A stretch of 63,810 nucleotides of DNA, filler included, from Octopus bimaculoides (taxonomy: Eukaryota), in the NCBI RefSeq assembly GCF_001194135.2. It is 6 parts of 5 records of this genome, joined end to end, with 100 filler letters (N's around TTAATTAATTAA, not from the genome) between each part and the next. Parts side by side here need not be neighbours in the genome. Positions count along the whole stretch, not along the records: positions 46,752 to 63,810 come from NC_069002.1; 5 more parts are not named here. One strand, written 5' to 3'. Within the stretch, counting starts at the first letter, position 1, and each line of letters starts with the position of its first letter. Positions 63,791 through 63,810 of the stretch are shown here, one piece after another. The notes beneath the pieces are model-generated. The model had not been told where the DNA came from and made no database searches. It saw only the letters and a program-made list of their open reading frames with translations. Position numbers and translations under genes: made by a program.

Positions 63791-63810
63791 TTCTGTATAT
63801 ATATATATAT

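Overview
Animal genomic DNA, very AT-rich and microsatellite-rich, with many N gaps. The repeat families and gap style suggest an Octopus assembly (inference). One host coding exon is well supported: a 1.07 kb BTB-BACK-Kelch (KLHL9/13/26-like) exon on the minus strand at 12563-13633, whose remaining kelch exons are not visible. A likely terminal exon of a second minus-strand gene lies at 62533-62722, and there are a few weaker exon candidates. The rest is a dense transposon landscape: several tRNA-derived SINE families with shared modules, RTE LINE fragments, R4/Dong-like RLE LINEs sitting in microsatellites, five mariner-derived MITEs, an intron-containing Tc1 transposase relic, an internally deleted Helitron with both ends, and Penelope-like element (PLE) relics. 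The most striking non-obvious signal is a set of about seven dispersed minimal type I hammerhead ribozyme motifs (best: 9122-9164, minus strand), several beside long inverted repeats or foldbacks. Boundaries of decayed repeats are approximate; all calls were made by eye without database searches.
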